A stretch of 64,000 nucleotides of DNA from Squalus acanthias (GCA_030390025.1 CM059449.1:13702001-13766000); one strand, 5' to 3'; numbered from the stretch's first letter, positions 24,915-37,640 are shown. Numbers and translations: made by a program. Notes: a model not told the origin generated them from the sequence alone.

Positions 24915-25660
24915 ACTGAACCAGACTGTTTTCAATCTTGGCATCCTATTTGCCCCTGAACTGAGCTTCTGACCCCATATCCTCTCCAACACCAAGACCG
25001 CCTAATTCCACCTCCGTAACATCACCCATCTCTGCCCCTGCCACAGCTCATCTGCTGCTGAAATCCTCATCCATACATTTCTTACCTCTAGACTTGACTA
25101 TTCCAATGCTCTCATGGCCGGCCTCCCATCTTCCACCCTACATAAACTTGAGCTCATCCAAAACTGCTGCCCATATCTTAATTCGCAGCAAGTTGCGCCC
25201 ACCCATCACCCCCGGTGCTCGCTGACCTATATTAGATCCCGGTCCGGCAACACCTCGATTTTAAAATTCGCATCCTTGTTTCCAAATCCCTCCATGGTCT
25301 CGCCCCTTCCAATCTCAGTAACCTCCTCCAGCCCTACAACCCTCCGAGATCTCTGCACTCCTCCAATTCTGGCCTCTTGCGCATCCCCGATTGTCTTCAT
25401 TCCAACATTGCCGGCCGTGCCTTAAGCTGCCTAGGCCCTAGGCTCTGGAATTACCCACCCCTTTCCTAAACCTCTCTCTCTCTCTCTCTTCCTTTAAAAA
25501 GGTTCTTAAAACCTGCCTCGTTGACCAAGCTTTTGGTAAACTGCCCTAATATCTGCTTATGTGGCTCGGTGTCAAATGTTGTTTGATAACGCTCTTGTGA
25601 AGCGCCTTGGTACGTTTCACTATGTTAAATGCGCTACATAAATGCAAGTTGTTGTTGTGA
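24915..25660 (+). mobile_element. L2 LINE 3' fragment
   Basis: SRLDYSNALMAGLPSSTLHKLELIQN-type sequence; same (gtt)n tail as 22810-23080. Confidence 0.82.
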
Positions 25661-26253
25661 AAGAAGTGTACCATTGACAAAAAAATAGGCAGCCGAGCTG
25701 GAGTGGCTGAGTAAGGACAAGTGCCATTGCAGCTCATGGCACAGCCGAGAGTCAGGTGTAAAAATACAACATATACAAGGTCTGTTTTGGAACGTCAATG
25801 TGATGCCAGCGGTGTATCACATGGTTGCTCTACGATGCATCAGTCAGCATCGCCAGCGCTAACATTTCATCCCTTTGTCAATAGCAATGACGGCATGATG
25901 TGACTCATCAATGTCACTGCATTATAGCATTTTCCACTGTGCCGGGATCATTGACGGCAGCCAAGTAACCATCTGCACATTAGGCTTCGACTCGCCCTCA
26001 TGCAACCCACCGCTTCCTCATCATCAACTGTACTCTGTGACACAACTTGTGCTACCTCCTCAGCTTCTGCCAGGATGTGTGTTGCGGTGCTGGTGCTTGC
26101 AAACGTTGCTGGGAAAGATGTCTTGTTTTGGGCTACTGGCAGTACTGTCAGTACTTTCTCTCCCGGTTTGCAATGGCAACAAAAAATGTTAGAATGCTGC
26201 TCCCAAAATACATCTGTAAAGAATGCATGCATTGCGCGGGGGGTGGGGGGGGG

Positions 26254-26407
26254 GGGCAATTTTAACCCAATCCGCCGATCGGGAAACTGACGGGATCGAG
26301 TGGCAATGCTTGTTTTACGTCCCGTACGAATATTGGGCTGGGCGAGAAACTGGTGTTTCCATTCGATCCCGTGATTTCCCGCCCGGCGAGTTGGATTAAA
26401 ATTGCCC
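26254..26407. mobile_element. About 150-bp hairpin MITE
   Basis: Imperfect TIRs of about 30 bp: gggcaattttaacccaatccgcc / ggcgagttggattaaaattgccc. Confidence 0.7.
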
Positions 26408-26652
26408 TACCGTGTGATAGCTGTGCGGTTGTGTGTATGCCTATGTGACAGTGGCTAAGAAGAAGATAAGACATAACAACAGCATAATGCTGTGCTTCAG
26501 ATTGGGGCAAGGCGGTATTACATCTTTCTCTAAGGGGTACGTGTAACTTCTGAGTCCTCCTCCAGGTCAGCTCTTTCCCCCTGTATCGTCTGCCATCTTG
26601 CAGAGAAATAGCGTGGACGTGTTGAAGGAACACGCACACAGCAATAGGCATC

Positions 26653-27440
26653 GGGGCAGAAAGTCGGGTCCCCACGGGTGAGTACGCGCTGTGTTCTCAC
26701 CCGGAGGGCCACCGGAAGTGCCGGTTTCGCGCATGCACTGCGCATGCACGTGAAACCGGTACTTCCGGTCTCGTGAAGGAAGGGATTCGAGAGTCAAACG
26801 CTTGCGCCGTAGAGGCAGCGAACTTCCGGGTTTTTTTTACCGGTTTTCCCATGAGGGTAAGTCCCTGGCAGCTGCAAGGCCTGCTTTTAACAAGGTAAGT
26901 AGTGAATTAAGTTAAATTAAAGCATTTTTTCCACAGGTTTATTATTTTTAAATACTTTAAAGAAAGGTAAGTTTATTTTTAGCTCCGTTAAAAACAGTAA
27001 TTAATTTTTTCAAAAATTTAAATTATTGTTTAAAATAGTTATTTTATGTAATTTATAGTAATTTTAAAAATGTGATTTAAAAAATTTTTTTTTGAAGTTT
27101 TAGTTAGGTTTTGGGGCCGATCTCTATTCATAGATTTCACAGGTCTTCCTGTCAAATCTATGAATGGAGATTCCCTGCTCCGATTGGCTCCCCATGGCCC
27201 AAGGCTAAAGCGATCAAGGGATATGGGGAGAAAGCAGCGACAGGGTTGTGAATTTGGATGATCAGCCATGATCTCATTAAATGGCAGAGCAGGCTTGAGG
27301 GGCCGAATGGCCTACTCCTGCTCCTAGCAGGCCCAGGATCGGAATCCCACGCGGGCCCAGAGCACAACGGCAGGCGCGCTATGTAAGTGCACCTGCTATG
27401 CTTGCACCCGCGGAAAGCCTCCGACCCGAATTTCTGTCCC
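26653..27440. mobile_element. Non-autonomous DNA transposon, PIF/Harbinger-like, with a nested CR1 3' tail
   Basis: Termini ggggcagaaagtcgggtc / gacccgaatttctgtccc, 3-bp TSD ATC; CR1 3'-end fragment at about 27200-27325. Confidence 0.75.
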
Positions 27441-28519
27441 ATCATGTCCAACCTACAGTCCGCCCTGTGCGCTGGCAAAAACCCGTAAATGATGCAATTA
27501 TTTCTGCCCTTTGAAATTGCTAGTCCGCCAAAGGTTTCCATTGTAATTTGCACTTTGAATGTGTATACTCTTGATCCGCCGGTATGAGAGTGTAAAAATA
27601 GACAGAGTTGTAGGGTTGTGTTACTGATTGTAGGATGGCATTCGGTGTTTTAAGGTAAAATAAGTTGTAACGTCACTGCGGGCGAGGAATGGAACTTTAA
27701 TCTTATTTTCATTATGAAGTAATTTCTACAGATTGGCAAAATAATATCTTCAAACGAGCGCGTTATTTCTACCCCCCATTCCACGTTGTGAAGCATATTG
27801 GCACCTCTACATGAAAGGAGCGACATAATTACATGTTGTGGTCAAAAGTAAGATGATGAAATAAGCAGTAAGATTCCACTCAACGTTTCTGTCTACTTTT
27901 TAAAAGAACCACAGAAATTAAGAGTGACCGTTTAGACTTTTGTGAACGGAAGCTCTTGCTGGAATGCTTTCTATTGGCAGATTCCAGCAGCAGAATGTAT
28001 TTTTTATCAACAACTATTTAAATCATGACTCCAAGTAGTCGGAATTTTGCAGAGACTTCGCTTTCAAATGGGGCAGAAAAATCGGGCGAAGTGCGCTATT
28101 ACCCGTTCAAGGTTAAAATTACCCCCCATTTTGTTTGAACGTGCTGGCCGTGCCATCGTGTATGTTGAGAGCACAAAAACATATAGAAATTACAAGCTGT
28201 GACTACTGGAAATTTGAAAGTGGAAGAGAGGCGAATGACCTGAAACCTGCTTTCTGGTTCTATCTCCTTTTGCGATTTTGTATTGTCTACCTTTTATTTC
28301 AACTAAAAACACGTTTTATGGTATTTTGCTTTGATCATACATTGTTCAGCTATCCCTGCACGTCAAATCGCTATCATTCCAACTGTTTTACTTGATGCAT
28401 TTTTGATAATTATTTTGATCTAATCAATACATTTTGCTCCAAAATCTGCACGTGAAATTGTCTCCTATTTTGTACATGACACACAACACCTGCAACTAAA
28501 TAGACAGACATGCATTTAC

Positions 28520-28563
28520 CTGATGATTGGGAGGATTTGGTAGTTTGGTTCTGGGTGGCAATT
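28520..28563 (-). CDS. Gene A exon 6: proline-rich cytoplasmic exon (ELPPRTKLPNPPNHQ)
   Basis: Acceptor ttttattcctgttttgtcccaaacag|, donor CAG|gtaaat; 44 nt, phase 1-0; forms PELPPR across the junction. Confidence 0.7.
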
Positions 28564-31500
28564 CTGTTTGGGACAAAACAGGAATAAAATTATTGGAATG
28601 CTTAAGGAAACGCCTTTAAATTATACATGAGTTTTTTTTGGTGATAACATTTCCATTTTCAAAATGTACTCTTGGATGCATTTATAGTCAAGTTTCCAGC
28701 CTGGTAGCATTTCGGTTATGTTGCATGCTCCACCTGGAATTACCCTGCTCATGAAAGAGCTAAGTGGATGCCTGTTTAGAGAAATGCACAAGTCACCCTC
28801 TCACGATTTTAAATAAACTTTAAAGAAGAAATGAAAGACTTGCAATTATCTAGTGTCTACCACGACCTCAGGTCCTTCCAAAGGGCTTTACAACCAATGA
28901 AGTATTTTTGAAGTTGTAAGATACCCTAGCCATCTATACATAGATTAGGGTTTGGTTTCATCTCATATGATTGGGGTTTTTGCTCCCTTTTTACTTATAA
29001 ATGGCTTGTAGATTTGTACTGTAGCTAAAAATAATGAAATGGTTAAAATTGTTCATTCTCAGGATGCCTTATGGTTTAATGTGTCAGGGTACAATTTAGC
29101 TGAATTTGCTGTTTAGCTGCTGATGAGGTGCATGATGTGTGTTTGGTGCCTGTTGACTTCTTTTTGTCGCCACACTGTGAAACGAGATAGCCAAGAAAGT
29201 CTTGAAGTCTAGAAAGTGGGACAATAAGCCAGGATGGTAAACAAGTTAGCATCTCTTTTAGCATCGCATTTCTGGGGGTCTTGTTCACAATAACACTTGT
29301 CATTCCATAATTAATCAGCAAGGACAGTGTGTGTGACTAGAGACCTATAAAGATCTTGAGCTTTCCTTAACAATTTGTGGAGCGAGTCAGCATCGAAAGG
29401 ATTGAAGCAGTTTACGTCTCTAAACAGAGAAAAATGGGACAACTGCATTTATTTTTCTGTATTTCTACTGTTTAGAGACATTGTGTGTGCCTAGACTTGG
29501 TCAGACACAATAAAAGGATTACAATGCAGCCATATTTGGTTTGTCAGATTCGAATTGTCTTACAATTGACGACGAGGCAGGATCTGACTAGCAACACTTT
29601 TGCTTGTGTGACACCAAGTACCGAGAACAATCTGGACTTGTACAGAACTGAATTTCATTTGGGTAGGAAACTAATTGACATAGCCGGTAGTGAGGTGGCC
29701 AACCATAATTACCAAAAGAGACGAGCCACATGTGATGGCAATGACCCAAGTAGAGGAGTTGGTGAATGAGGAAAAGATTAATTTAAAAGCAGCGAGGCAT
29801 TTGTTAGGATACGCAGTTCACTTTTGCACACAGGTAAGTGAAAATGGAGTAAGTGATGCATTATAAGAGAAAGAGAAGATTGAGGCGACACCGACAATGA
29901 ATGGACTATGTATCAGTGATGCCAGATCAGTTACAACTGGCAGCTACCACCGCTACAGCCCAAGGGTTAGAAAGTCGACAGGCAATACAGGAAATTGGAT
30001 ATTTGCAAACAAAGAGCAGGAGACTGAAACAGGAGTTAGAAAATGCTAGAGGAGCCTTGTGGCTTATGACTCAGCCAGTGAGAGCGGTGGCTCACATGCA
30101 ATGTAAACTAAAACTATGAATTTAAGGGACATGAGGTGCTCTTGCCTCTGTTGGAGGGAGAGCTGCTTAAAACAGTAAGAGACCATGTGGATAGTCAGGT
30201 AAAGAACAACAAGTTCTTTGTAGAGAAATGGCGGAAGTTTTTGTGCTATGCTGCTCACTGCTGTGCAGAGCGAACCACGATGATGTGGCCAAGGTATGGT
30301 TACACATAGGAAAACTCTCTTTGGAAAATAAGATAGTTTGGAACAGGGTAAAATCTTGTTGGAATGAGGCGGGTCAGATACAATCAATGGCTGCTACTTC
30401 CTATGAGTATTTTTTTTGAAGGGAATAAGCAGGAACAGTTAGAAATAGAAACACAGGAGAAGGAAATTCAGAAATTCAAAGAAAGATTGTTGACCAACAA
30501 AGGCTTATTCAGGAGTATTTAAAGTTTCTATAAAATGGGACCGTCTGGAAACTGAGAGTGAAACTGAACAATTAGCCCTTTTGCAGATGACAAATGTAGC
30601 ATCCGCAGTATTTTGCTATCGTATTAATGTTGCAAAGCGGTTCTGTTGAAATTCCTTTGTTAAATATGAGAAGAGGAAGAGCAGATTTAGGACGAGCACG
30701 AAATTGAAAGCCCACAGCCAATATCAGAGATTGAAGTTGTTGTGAGAAAACAGGATTGAAGTAACAGACGAACAAACTTTCTTTTGTGTGAATGTACCTT
30801 CAATGTTTTGTCTCTTTAAGTGTGTGTTCTGCTTCCTGTTGTTTTATGTTGTCGTGCTTTACAGAACAAAAACAGCTTGACCCTTTGTGGTCCCTGTTGT
30901 TGCTATTGACAGTAATGGAAGTGTTTTGATCAGTGTCTTTTCTATGAGCATATGCTGACTTGTGTTTGTTAATTGTTTTCTCTTTATATGTATACAAATA
31001 TGTTGATTTTACGATATTGAGTTCTTCTAGTTATGGGTTTGAAACTGAAATTAACAGACCGAGTGTCTGATCAAATTATGAATACTGGTTTTCTGTGGCT
31101 GGCCATTACGGGCAACTACATATTTAAACTATGTTAATATTCCTTGTGTGTACGATGCGGGATTGTCACATAGAATTTGGCACTTTTGAGTTAATCAACC
31201 TATAACAAGTAATACATATTTTAAGGTGGATGAGAGCAAATAAGGCTGAATGTGATTAAGGTACCTGGAGTTGTTATGAGCGTGTGAATGTAGTTGTTAA
31301 AATTACTGTATGTTCATTTTAATTTAAGATTGTTCCCCCAAATAAATGGAAGATTTAAGGAAGCCTTTGTGCTTTCATAAAAAAGTGTTTGGTTGTATAC
31401 TTTTTGGGTTAAAGTTTGACTGTAATTTGCATTAGACAACTGCTCAAATGCACAGACTTTTTTGTAACAGGTAAGATCAGCTTTGGAAATTTACAAAGGT

Positions 31501-31959
31501 ACAGTCGAATATTGTCAGCGTCATTTTTAATTGACTTCGCACCACATCTGAAACTACTACGGTGCTGGACGCCTCCGAATGGTTATAACTATGTGGAAGA
31601 CAGTTGTAAGTGAGTCTGAGTGAGACTGAGATCTTAAAATACCTGTGTTTTGATGGTAATTAGAGGAACTGCGTTTAAAAGAACTAACGTCTTTTGAATT
31701 TTAAAGCCATAACTAGTCATGAAAGAGCATCCCTGAAGCCCCTCTATGCTGCCTCAGTGACTGATATATTAAAACAAACCATTGCTGCTGAACCTTTTCA
31801 GGGGCACCAACCTTTTAAAAGGCCTCCCCTTTTTCAGTTCATACTCATTAAATATCTGATTAAATTCGAACCTGTGTGGAGAGCTATTTATTTTTAGGTT
31901 GCAAGGATGGCGCGGGCCCCATCTTGTTTTTTTTCTCTCTCTCTCTCTCACATGGCAGC

Positions 31960-32285
31960 TGTCGATCATTCTGCCATTTACATTTCATCTAGAGTCATCT
32001 TTTGTTTCTTAACTTGTCCCATTATCATCTCCTTTTCCCTTGCACCATCATCCCTTTTGTCTCTTAATCTCTCCTGCCTTCCGCCCTATCACAGACCTTC
32101 CCTTTTGTTCTTTCCTCCCCTCCCCCCTTTCCCTGCTCCTACACTTGCTTAAAAACCTGTTCCATCTTCAACTTTTTCCAGCCTGACGAAGGGTCATCGA
32201 CCTGAAACGTTAACTCTTGTTTCTCACTCTCCACAGATGCTGCCTGACCTGCTGAATATTTCCAGCATTTTCTGTTTTTATTGCG
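31960..32285 (+). mobile_element. Solo Penelope-like terminal repeat in a gene A intron
   Basis: Same repeat as 10700-10930, with ctgacgaagggtcatcgacctgaaacgttaact. Confidence 0.75.
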
Positions 32286-32634
32286 GAAGTCCCTTGTTGC
32301 TCTGAGGAAGGAGATGCCAACCTACCCGACTAATTCTCTTACTAATGGCAGTTAGTCGTTCCAGATGGATTGATATTTGTCTGGCAGAATGATGCACCCA
32401 AAACTTTAATTTTTCAAACAACAGCATGTTTATATGTTCTATTTATGCTTGAGCTTTCCAATCCTGGGTTATCGGAAATAGTTAAATCGAAGCAATACAA
32501 GAACACACATACAAGCACAGTTATACAAGCACACACACACACACACACACACATATGCACACGAGCATTCTTCATCTTAATACAAGCAGTTCACAGACTC
32601 TTAAGCAAGCCAAATAAAGGTGTGAACTACTTAC

Positions 32635-32669
32635 CCGGCTCTTTTGCCAAATCGAAAGAAGAACATTCT
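32635..32669 (-). CDS. Gene A exon 5: 35-nt cytoplasmic exon (RECSSFDLAKEP)
   Basis: Acceptor tttcttctcattctacag|, donor G|gtaagt; phase 2-1, consistent with both neighbours. Confidence 0.75.
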
Positions 32670-32791
32670 CTGTAGAATGAGAAGAAATTTAGCAAATGTG
32701 TTATCTAAATGTAATTTTTCGGAGCGTGCAACCTTTTAGAATAAAGCATTAAATGACTACAAATCAGTAAGCAACCTATTGATTGGCTTAC

Positions 32792-32810
32792 CTGACAAGC
32801 AAAGCGTAAG
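32792..32810 (-). CDS. Gene A exon 4: 19-nt cytoplasmic microexon (AYALLV-R)
   Basis: Strong acceptor ttctcttcttctttacag| and donor AG|gtaagc; phase 1-2 links exons 3 and 5 without a stop. Confidence 0.75.
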
Positions 32811-33189
32811 CTGTAAAGAAGAAGAGAATGGCGAAATATAATTGTGGTTAAGACTGTTATTGATATTGCTGTTGTCGATTAATGTAACAATACAATGACA
32901 TTATCTCTCAAAATTATGAAAATCCTCCCAAGGTACATGTATCTCTGCTGAAGTTACTTTACTTTAAATGTGGTTGTTGTTATAAATGGTGACTTAACGT
33001 TAGGATTTTAATAATAATGTGCAGTGCTCCTAATATTTTTTTAATTTACTGGTTAATGTCTCCTTATTTGTTTTAATTTTCACTATATTTGGGCGATGAT
33101 AACAAATTACATATTAAGACAAACTTACTTGTTATCACACATTCCCTGAAAAGTACAGTGTGCCCCAGCACATTATCACAAGTTTGAAA

Positions 33190-33740
33190 ATTTACATAGT
33201 ATTTACAGCCATTCAGCCCAATAGGTCTATGCCGGTGTTTATGCTCCACACACGCCTCCTTCCACCCTTCTTCATCTCATCCCATCAACATATCCTTCTA
33301 TTCCTTTCTCCCTCATGTGTTTATGTAGCTTCCCCTTAAATGCGTCTATGCTATTCACCTTAACTACGCCTTGTGGTAGCGAGTTCCACATTCTAACCAC
33401 TCTCTGGGTAAAGAAGTTTCTCCTCAAATCCCCATTGGATTTATTAGTGACGATCTTACAGTTATGGCTCCGAGTTCTAGTCTTCCCCACAAGTGGAAAC
33501 ATTTTCTCTACGACGACCCTATCAAACCCTTTCATAATCTTCAAGACCTCTATCAGGTCACCCCCCCCCCCCCAGTCTTCCCTTTACTACAGAAAAGAGC
33601 TCCAGCCTGTTCAATCTTTCCTGATAAGCATAACATCTCAGTTCAGGTATCATCCTAGTAAATCATTTTTGCACCTTCTCCAGTGATTCTATGTCCGTTT
33701 TATAATATGGAGTCCAGAACATTTCACAGTACTCCAAAAG
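33190..33740 (-). mobile_element. CR1 3' fragment in gene A intron 3
   Basis: KIMKGFDRV...FFTQRVVRMWNSLP. Confidence 0.88.
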
Positions 33741-33924
33741 TGAAAATCATTCGTTTCATAAGGTTCCGAATTCATTGCAAAATGGAAAATCTATTCAATC
33801 TTCACCACAACATTGCAAAAAGAAAATGGTATCGTATTATGATGATTTATTGTTATTGTGAGGCATGAGTTAGAAAATGTGACGATTCCATAAGATGGCT
33901 ACCATGTTTTAATATTTAAAATAC

Positions 33925-34059
33925 CTTTATTTCGTTGAACAAGGACTGTGATCACTATGAGCAGAGTCACAGTAATCAGCAATGTCACTCCACCTAACAC
34001 TGCAAGCCAAAACCAATCAAACGGAGAATCAGTTGAAGAGTTTCGTTTGCCACAAGGAT
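33925..34059 (-). CDS. Gene A exon 3: stalk and transmembrane segment
   Basis: Acceptor ttttttctttctacag|, donor G|gtattt, 135 nt, phase 1-1, in frame: HPCGKRNSSTDSPFDWFWLAVLGGVTLLITVTLLIVITVLVQRNK. No charged residue within the TM. Confidence 0.92.
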
Positions 34060-34416
34060 CTGTAGAAAGAAAAAAGCAATAATTAGTTATTTATTCGTAA
34101 GTCTAGCTAGTAAGAACAACAGCAAAGAAAACAGTGATACAAAGAGACGCCGACGGAAATAAATAGGGAGAAAGGCACACAGGCAGAAAGGCAAAGTAAT
34201 ACAAGAAAGATGGACGGGGTGGGAGAGAGACAGAGATAGAGACATGCAGCACCCATGGGCAGAAAGAGTGAGAAAGACAGAGAGGCAGACACTGAGGAGA
34301 GCTGAACAACAACAGAATTACCCATCAGGAAGGAAAGGGTGAAGGAAGCGGTAGAGAGTTTTAAATCTGGAAAAGATATCCCAGTGCCTTAATGTTATAT
34401 TGTTGGGTTCTCTTAC

Positions 34417-34743
34417 GCTTTACGGTAACCGTGGTTCCATTACCGACAGCCTTCCTCTGTCCCATTATTTCAATCTCGCAGTAGTACACGCCAGACTCGC
34501 ATTCTGTCATATTCTTAATTTGGATTGATGCATCTTTCCTCGAATTGAACGCATTCGTGTCGGCCTTTGTCAATCTGTTCTTGTATCTCGGAGAATCGAA
34601 GTCTATGGGATTGTTATCTATTCTCCAGCTGTAGGTACCCAACCCTAGTAATGTAAAGGTGCAATTCAAAATCACACTTTCGCCTTGGAATATTTTAACT
34701 GAAGGGGGGTGTTGCACTACTCCAGATGTAGCAGCCTCCATAC
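34417..34743 (-). CDS. Gene A exon 2: single VJ-type IgV domain, NKp30/NCR3-like
   Basis: Acceptor tttctttgtgcgtccctag|, donor C|gtaaga, 327 nt, phase 1-1. Encodes ...VVQHPPSVKIFQGESVILNCTF...YSWR...PRYKNRL...DASIQIKNMTECESGVYYCEIEIMGQRKAVGNGTTVTVK with B-strand Cys, C-strand Trp, xSGxYYC and a GNGT G strand. It resembles NKp30 as I recall it (PEFRGRL..., C-x-VEVLG...GNGT). Confidence 0.93.
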
Positions 34744-35204
34744 CTAGGGACGCACAAAGAAACACAAGGATTGATTAGCCATTGTTAAAGTAATGCGCAT
34801 TATCCACCGTGTACCGGTGCCGTCTTGGTTGAGTAGTAGCACTATCGTCTGTGACTCAAATGGTTGTAGGTTTTAAGCGTGGGTTTGAGCGCATTATTCT
34901 AGGATGGCACTTCAATGCAGTACTAAGGGAGTGTGTTTTTTATCCCCCAAAGCGGAGAATGTTCTCCCCGTGCAGTAGCCAGCGTTCAGTCTTCAAAAAA
35001 CGCCACCAAAACAGCTTATAAGCCATTCGTCTCATTACTGGTTGACGCGTATGCCTACAAAGCAACAAAGATTAGTCATGCATTGGCTGTGAAGCGCTTT
35101 GGGGTGGCTTGAGGCTGCGAAAAATACAATAGTTCTTTCTTTATCCAATGCTGCCTCAAATTACACTTTTGCTTTCGTTCAATAGCATGTTATTGTTAAT
35201 TCCA

Positions 35205-35880
35205 AAGAAATCACTAAAAGTTGCGACGCAGGTTAGCAAGGCCATTAAAAAAAGCAAACCAAGCAGTAGGGTTTATTTCTAAAGGTATAGAATTGAAAAG
35301 TAGGGAAGTTATGCTAAACCTGTAACAGAACCTTGGTTAGACCACACTTAGAGTACTGCATACAGTTCTGGTCGCCATATTATAAAAAGGATATAGAGGC
35401 GCTGGAGAGGCCGCAGAGAAGATTTACAAGGTTGATACCAGAAATGCGAGGGTATATATATCAGGAAAGGATGAACAGGCTGGGTTTATTTTCTCTTGAA
35501 AGGAGAAGGCTAAGGGGTGACCTAATAGGGGTCTTTAAAATTATGAAAGGTTTTGATAGAGTGGATACAGAGAGAATGTTTCCACTTGTGGGGAAGAGCA
35601 CAACTAGAGGCCATCAATATAAGATACTCACCAAGAAATCCAAAAGGGAATTCAGAAGAAACTTCTTTACCCACAGGGAATGGTTGAAATAAATAGTATA
35701 GATGCATTTAAAGGGAGACGATACAAGCAAATGAGGAAGAAGGGAATAGAGGGTTATTCTGATAGATTTAGATGAGGAAAGACGAGAGGAGGCTCGAGTG
35801 GAGCATAAACGCCGGCATGGACTGGTTGGGCCGAATGTCCTGTTTCTGTGCCGTATATCCTATGTAATCCTATGTAAATT
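35205..35880 (+). mobile_element. CR1 3' fragment in gene A intron 1
   Basis: VRPHLEYCIQFWSPYYKKDI; (atcctatgta)n tail. Confidence 0.9.
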
Positions 35881-37124
35881 ATTATATGAATGAAAGAAAG
35901 GAGATAGAGAGAAAGAGAGAAAAAAAATAGAAAAAATAAAATGTTGCATTTCTAATTGCTTCATTAGTAATAGTATGGAGTAATAAATCACTTAAATATA
36001 CTTTATATCCATATTTAATTATCTACGGATGTCTGATTTCCATATGAGGTAAATATAAGAAAACACGTTTAGTTAATATATAGAGGTGGAATTTGACTGA
36101 AATCCTGGTGTTCGATATTAGAGGGTTGCATATATTCAACCACAAGATATATGTTGTACAGTAAATCACTGCAAACTGTGTATATCTTAAATTCGGGGAA
36201 ATTAAAACATTGGCCCATGTGAATTCAGTGATCCGACCGACAGTGATTATCGAGTCTTATGCACCAAGCAACCGTCAGAAAATGAATTCGTTCAGGAAAG
36301 TGTGGCCATTATGAGGAGTTTGTGAAGCTGTCCGAGCCGCTGTTTCTTTAGTGAAGACGCGCACTATTCGCTCTTGTGAACATAAGGTCCCATTTGTCCA
36401 ACCAAGTTTCTGTACGCAGAGCTGCATCACTTCAGTGTTCAACGCCATGCTAATAAATAAATCAGCTTAATTTACTTCCTAGATTTAGAGATGATCATCT
36501 CGGATCCGGGCCCTACCTAGTGTCATGATTATTTCATTTGGATGCTACCCTCAAAGCGAAAAATTCGCTATGTCTAGATATATAGGATGTGCCATGTCAA
36601 AAACACAGTTATTGTAATCATTTCACATTTACAAAGCATAATTACTGGTTGTCCATGTACGTGTGCCCCTGATGGCTTATTCATTTAAAGGTTAATAAGG
36701 CTGGCGTAAGAAAATAATCGATTTTCAAGTATATCTAGCATCGTTAAACAAAACAATATGAACAATAGTATTCAACTAACAAGCAACAAATATTACTCTG
36801 ATCGCTATCCGAACTGTGTGTGCTAACACCCGAGAAAACATTCTGCCAGGAAGAACAACAGAGCACTGTAGTTACTATTCTAAATGTGGTACATATGGCT
36901 GCAAATGTTTTGGAACTAAACAATTCGGTGATTATATGGGTTGATTTTCAAACATATTAACACAGCTACACAATGGCACCGAGTGTTAATTCCAAAAACG
37001 CCAGCTTATTTGGAATTCAATATTGATTTGAACTGTTACTACAGGACATCTGAGCTTGGATATAATGCGATATCATCACTGATCGTGCTCTGCAAACCAT
37101 AAGTGAAATACCTTGATGCTAAAC

Positions 37125-37640
37125 ACTTGCCATAGAGGGAGTGCAGCGAAGGTTCACCAGAATGATTCCTGGGATGGCAGGACTGTCGTATGAGGAGAGA
37201 TTGGGTCGACTTGGCCTGTATTCACTAGAGTTTAGAAGAATGAGAGGGGATCTCATTGAAACGTATAAAATTCTGACAGGGCTAGACAGACTGGATGCAG
37301 GGAGGATGTTTCCCCTGTCTGGGGGGTCTAGAACAAGGGGGCACAGTCTCAGGATACGGGGTAGGACATTTAGGACTGAGATGAGGAGAAATGTCTTCAC
37401 TCAGAGGGTGGTGAACCTGTGGAATTCTCTACCACAGAAGGCTGTGGAGGCCAAGTCACTGAATATATTTAAGAAGGAGATAGATAGATTTCTAGACACA
37501 AAAGGCATCAAGGGGTATGAGGAGAGAGCGGGAATATGGTATTGAGATACCGGATCAGCCATGATCATATTGAATGGCGGAGCAGGCTCGAAGGGCCGAA
37601 TGGCCTACTCCTGCTCCTATTTTTCCATGTTTCTATTTTT
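37125..37640 (+). mobile_element. CR1 3' fragment (near-identical to 58420-59005)
   Basis: QRRFTRMIPGMAGLSYEERLGRLGLYSLE. Confidence 0.9.

Noticed and set aside
26411-26454. Additional gene A exon (acceptor tcttcttcttag)
   Set aside because: It would end in phase 2 with no compatible downstream exon, and its donor abuts a MITE boundary.
34417-34743. Rearranging Ig/TCR V segment
   Set aside because: The J-like strand is already in the exon and is followed by a splice donor, not a heptamer/nonamer RSS; it splices directly to a TM exon with no constant domain.
34417-34743. Assigning the symbol CD28, CTLA4 or NCR3
   Set aside because: No MYPPPY motif and no charged TM residue; family resemblance only, and orthology needs phylogeny and synteny.
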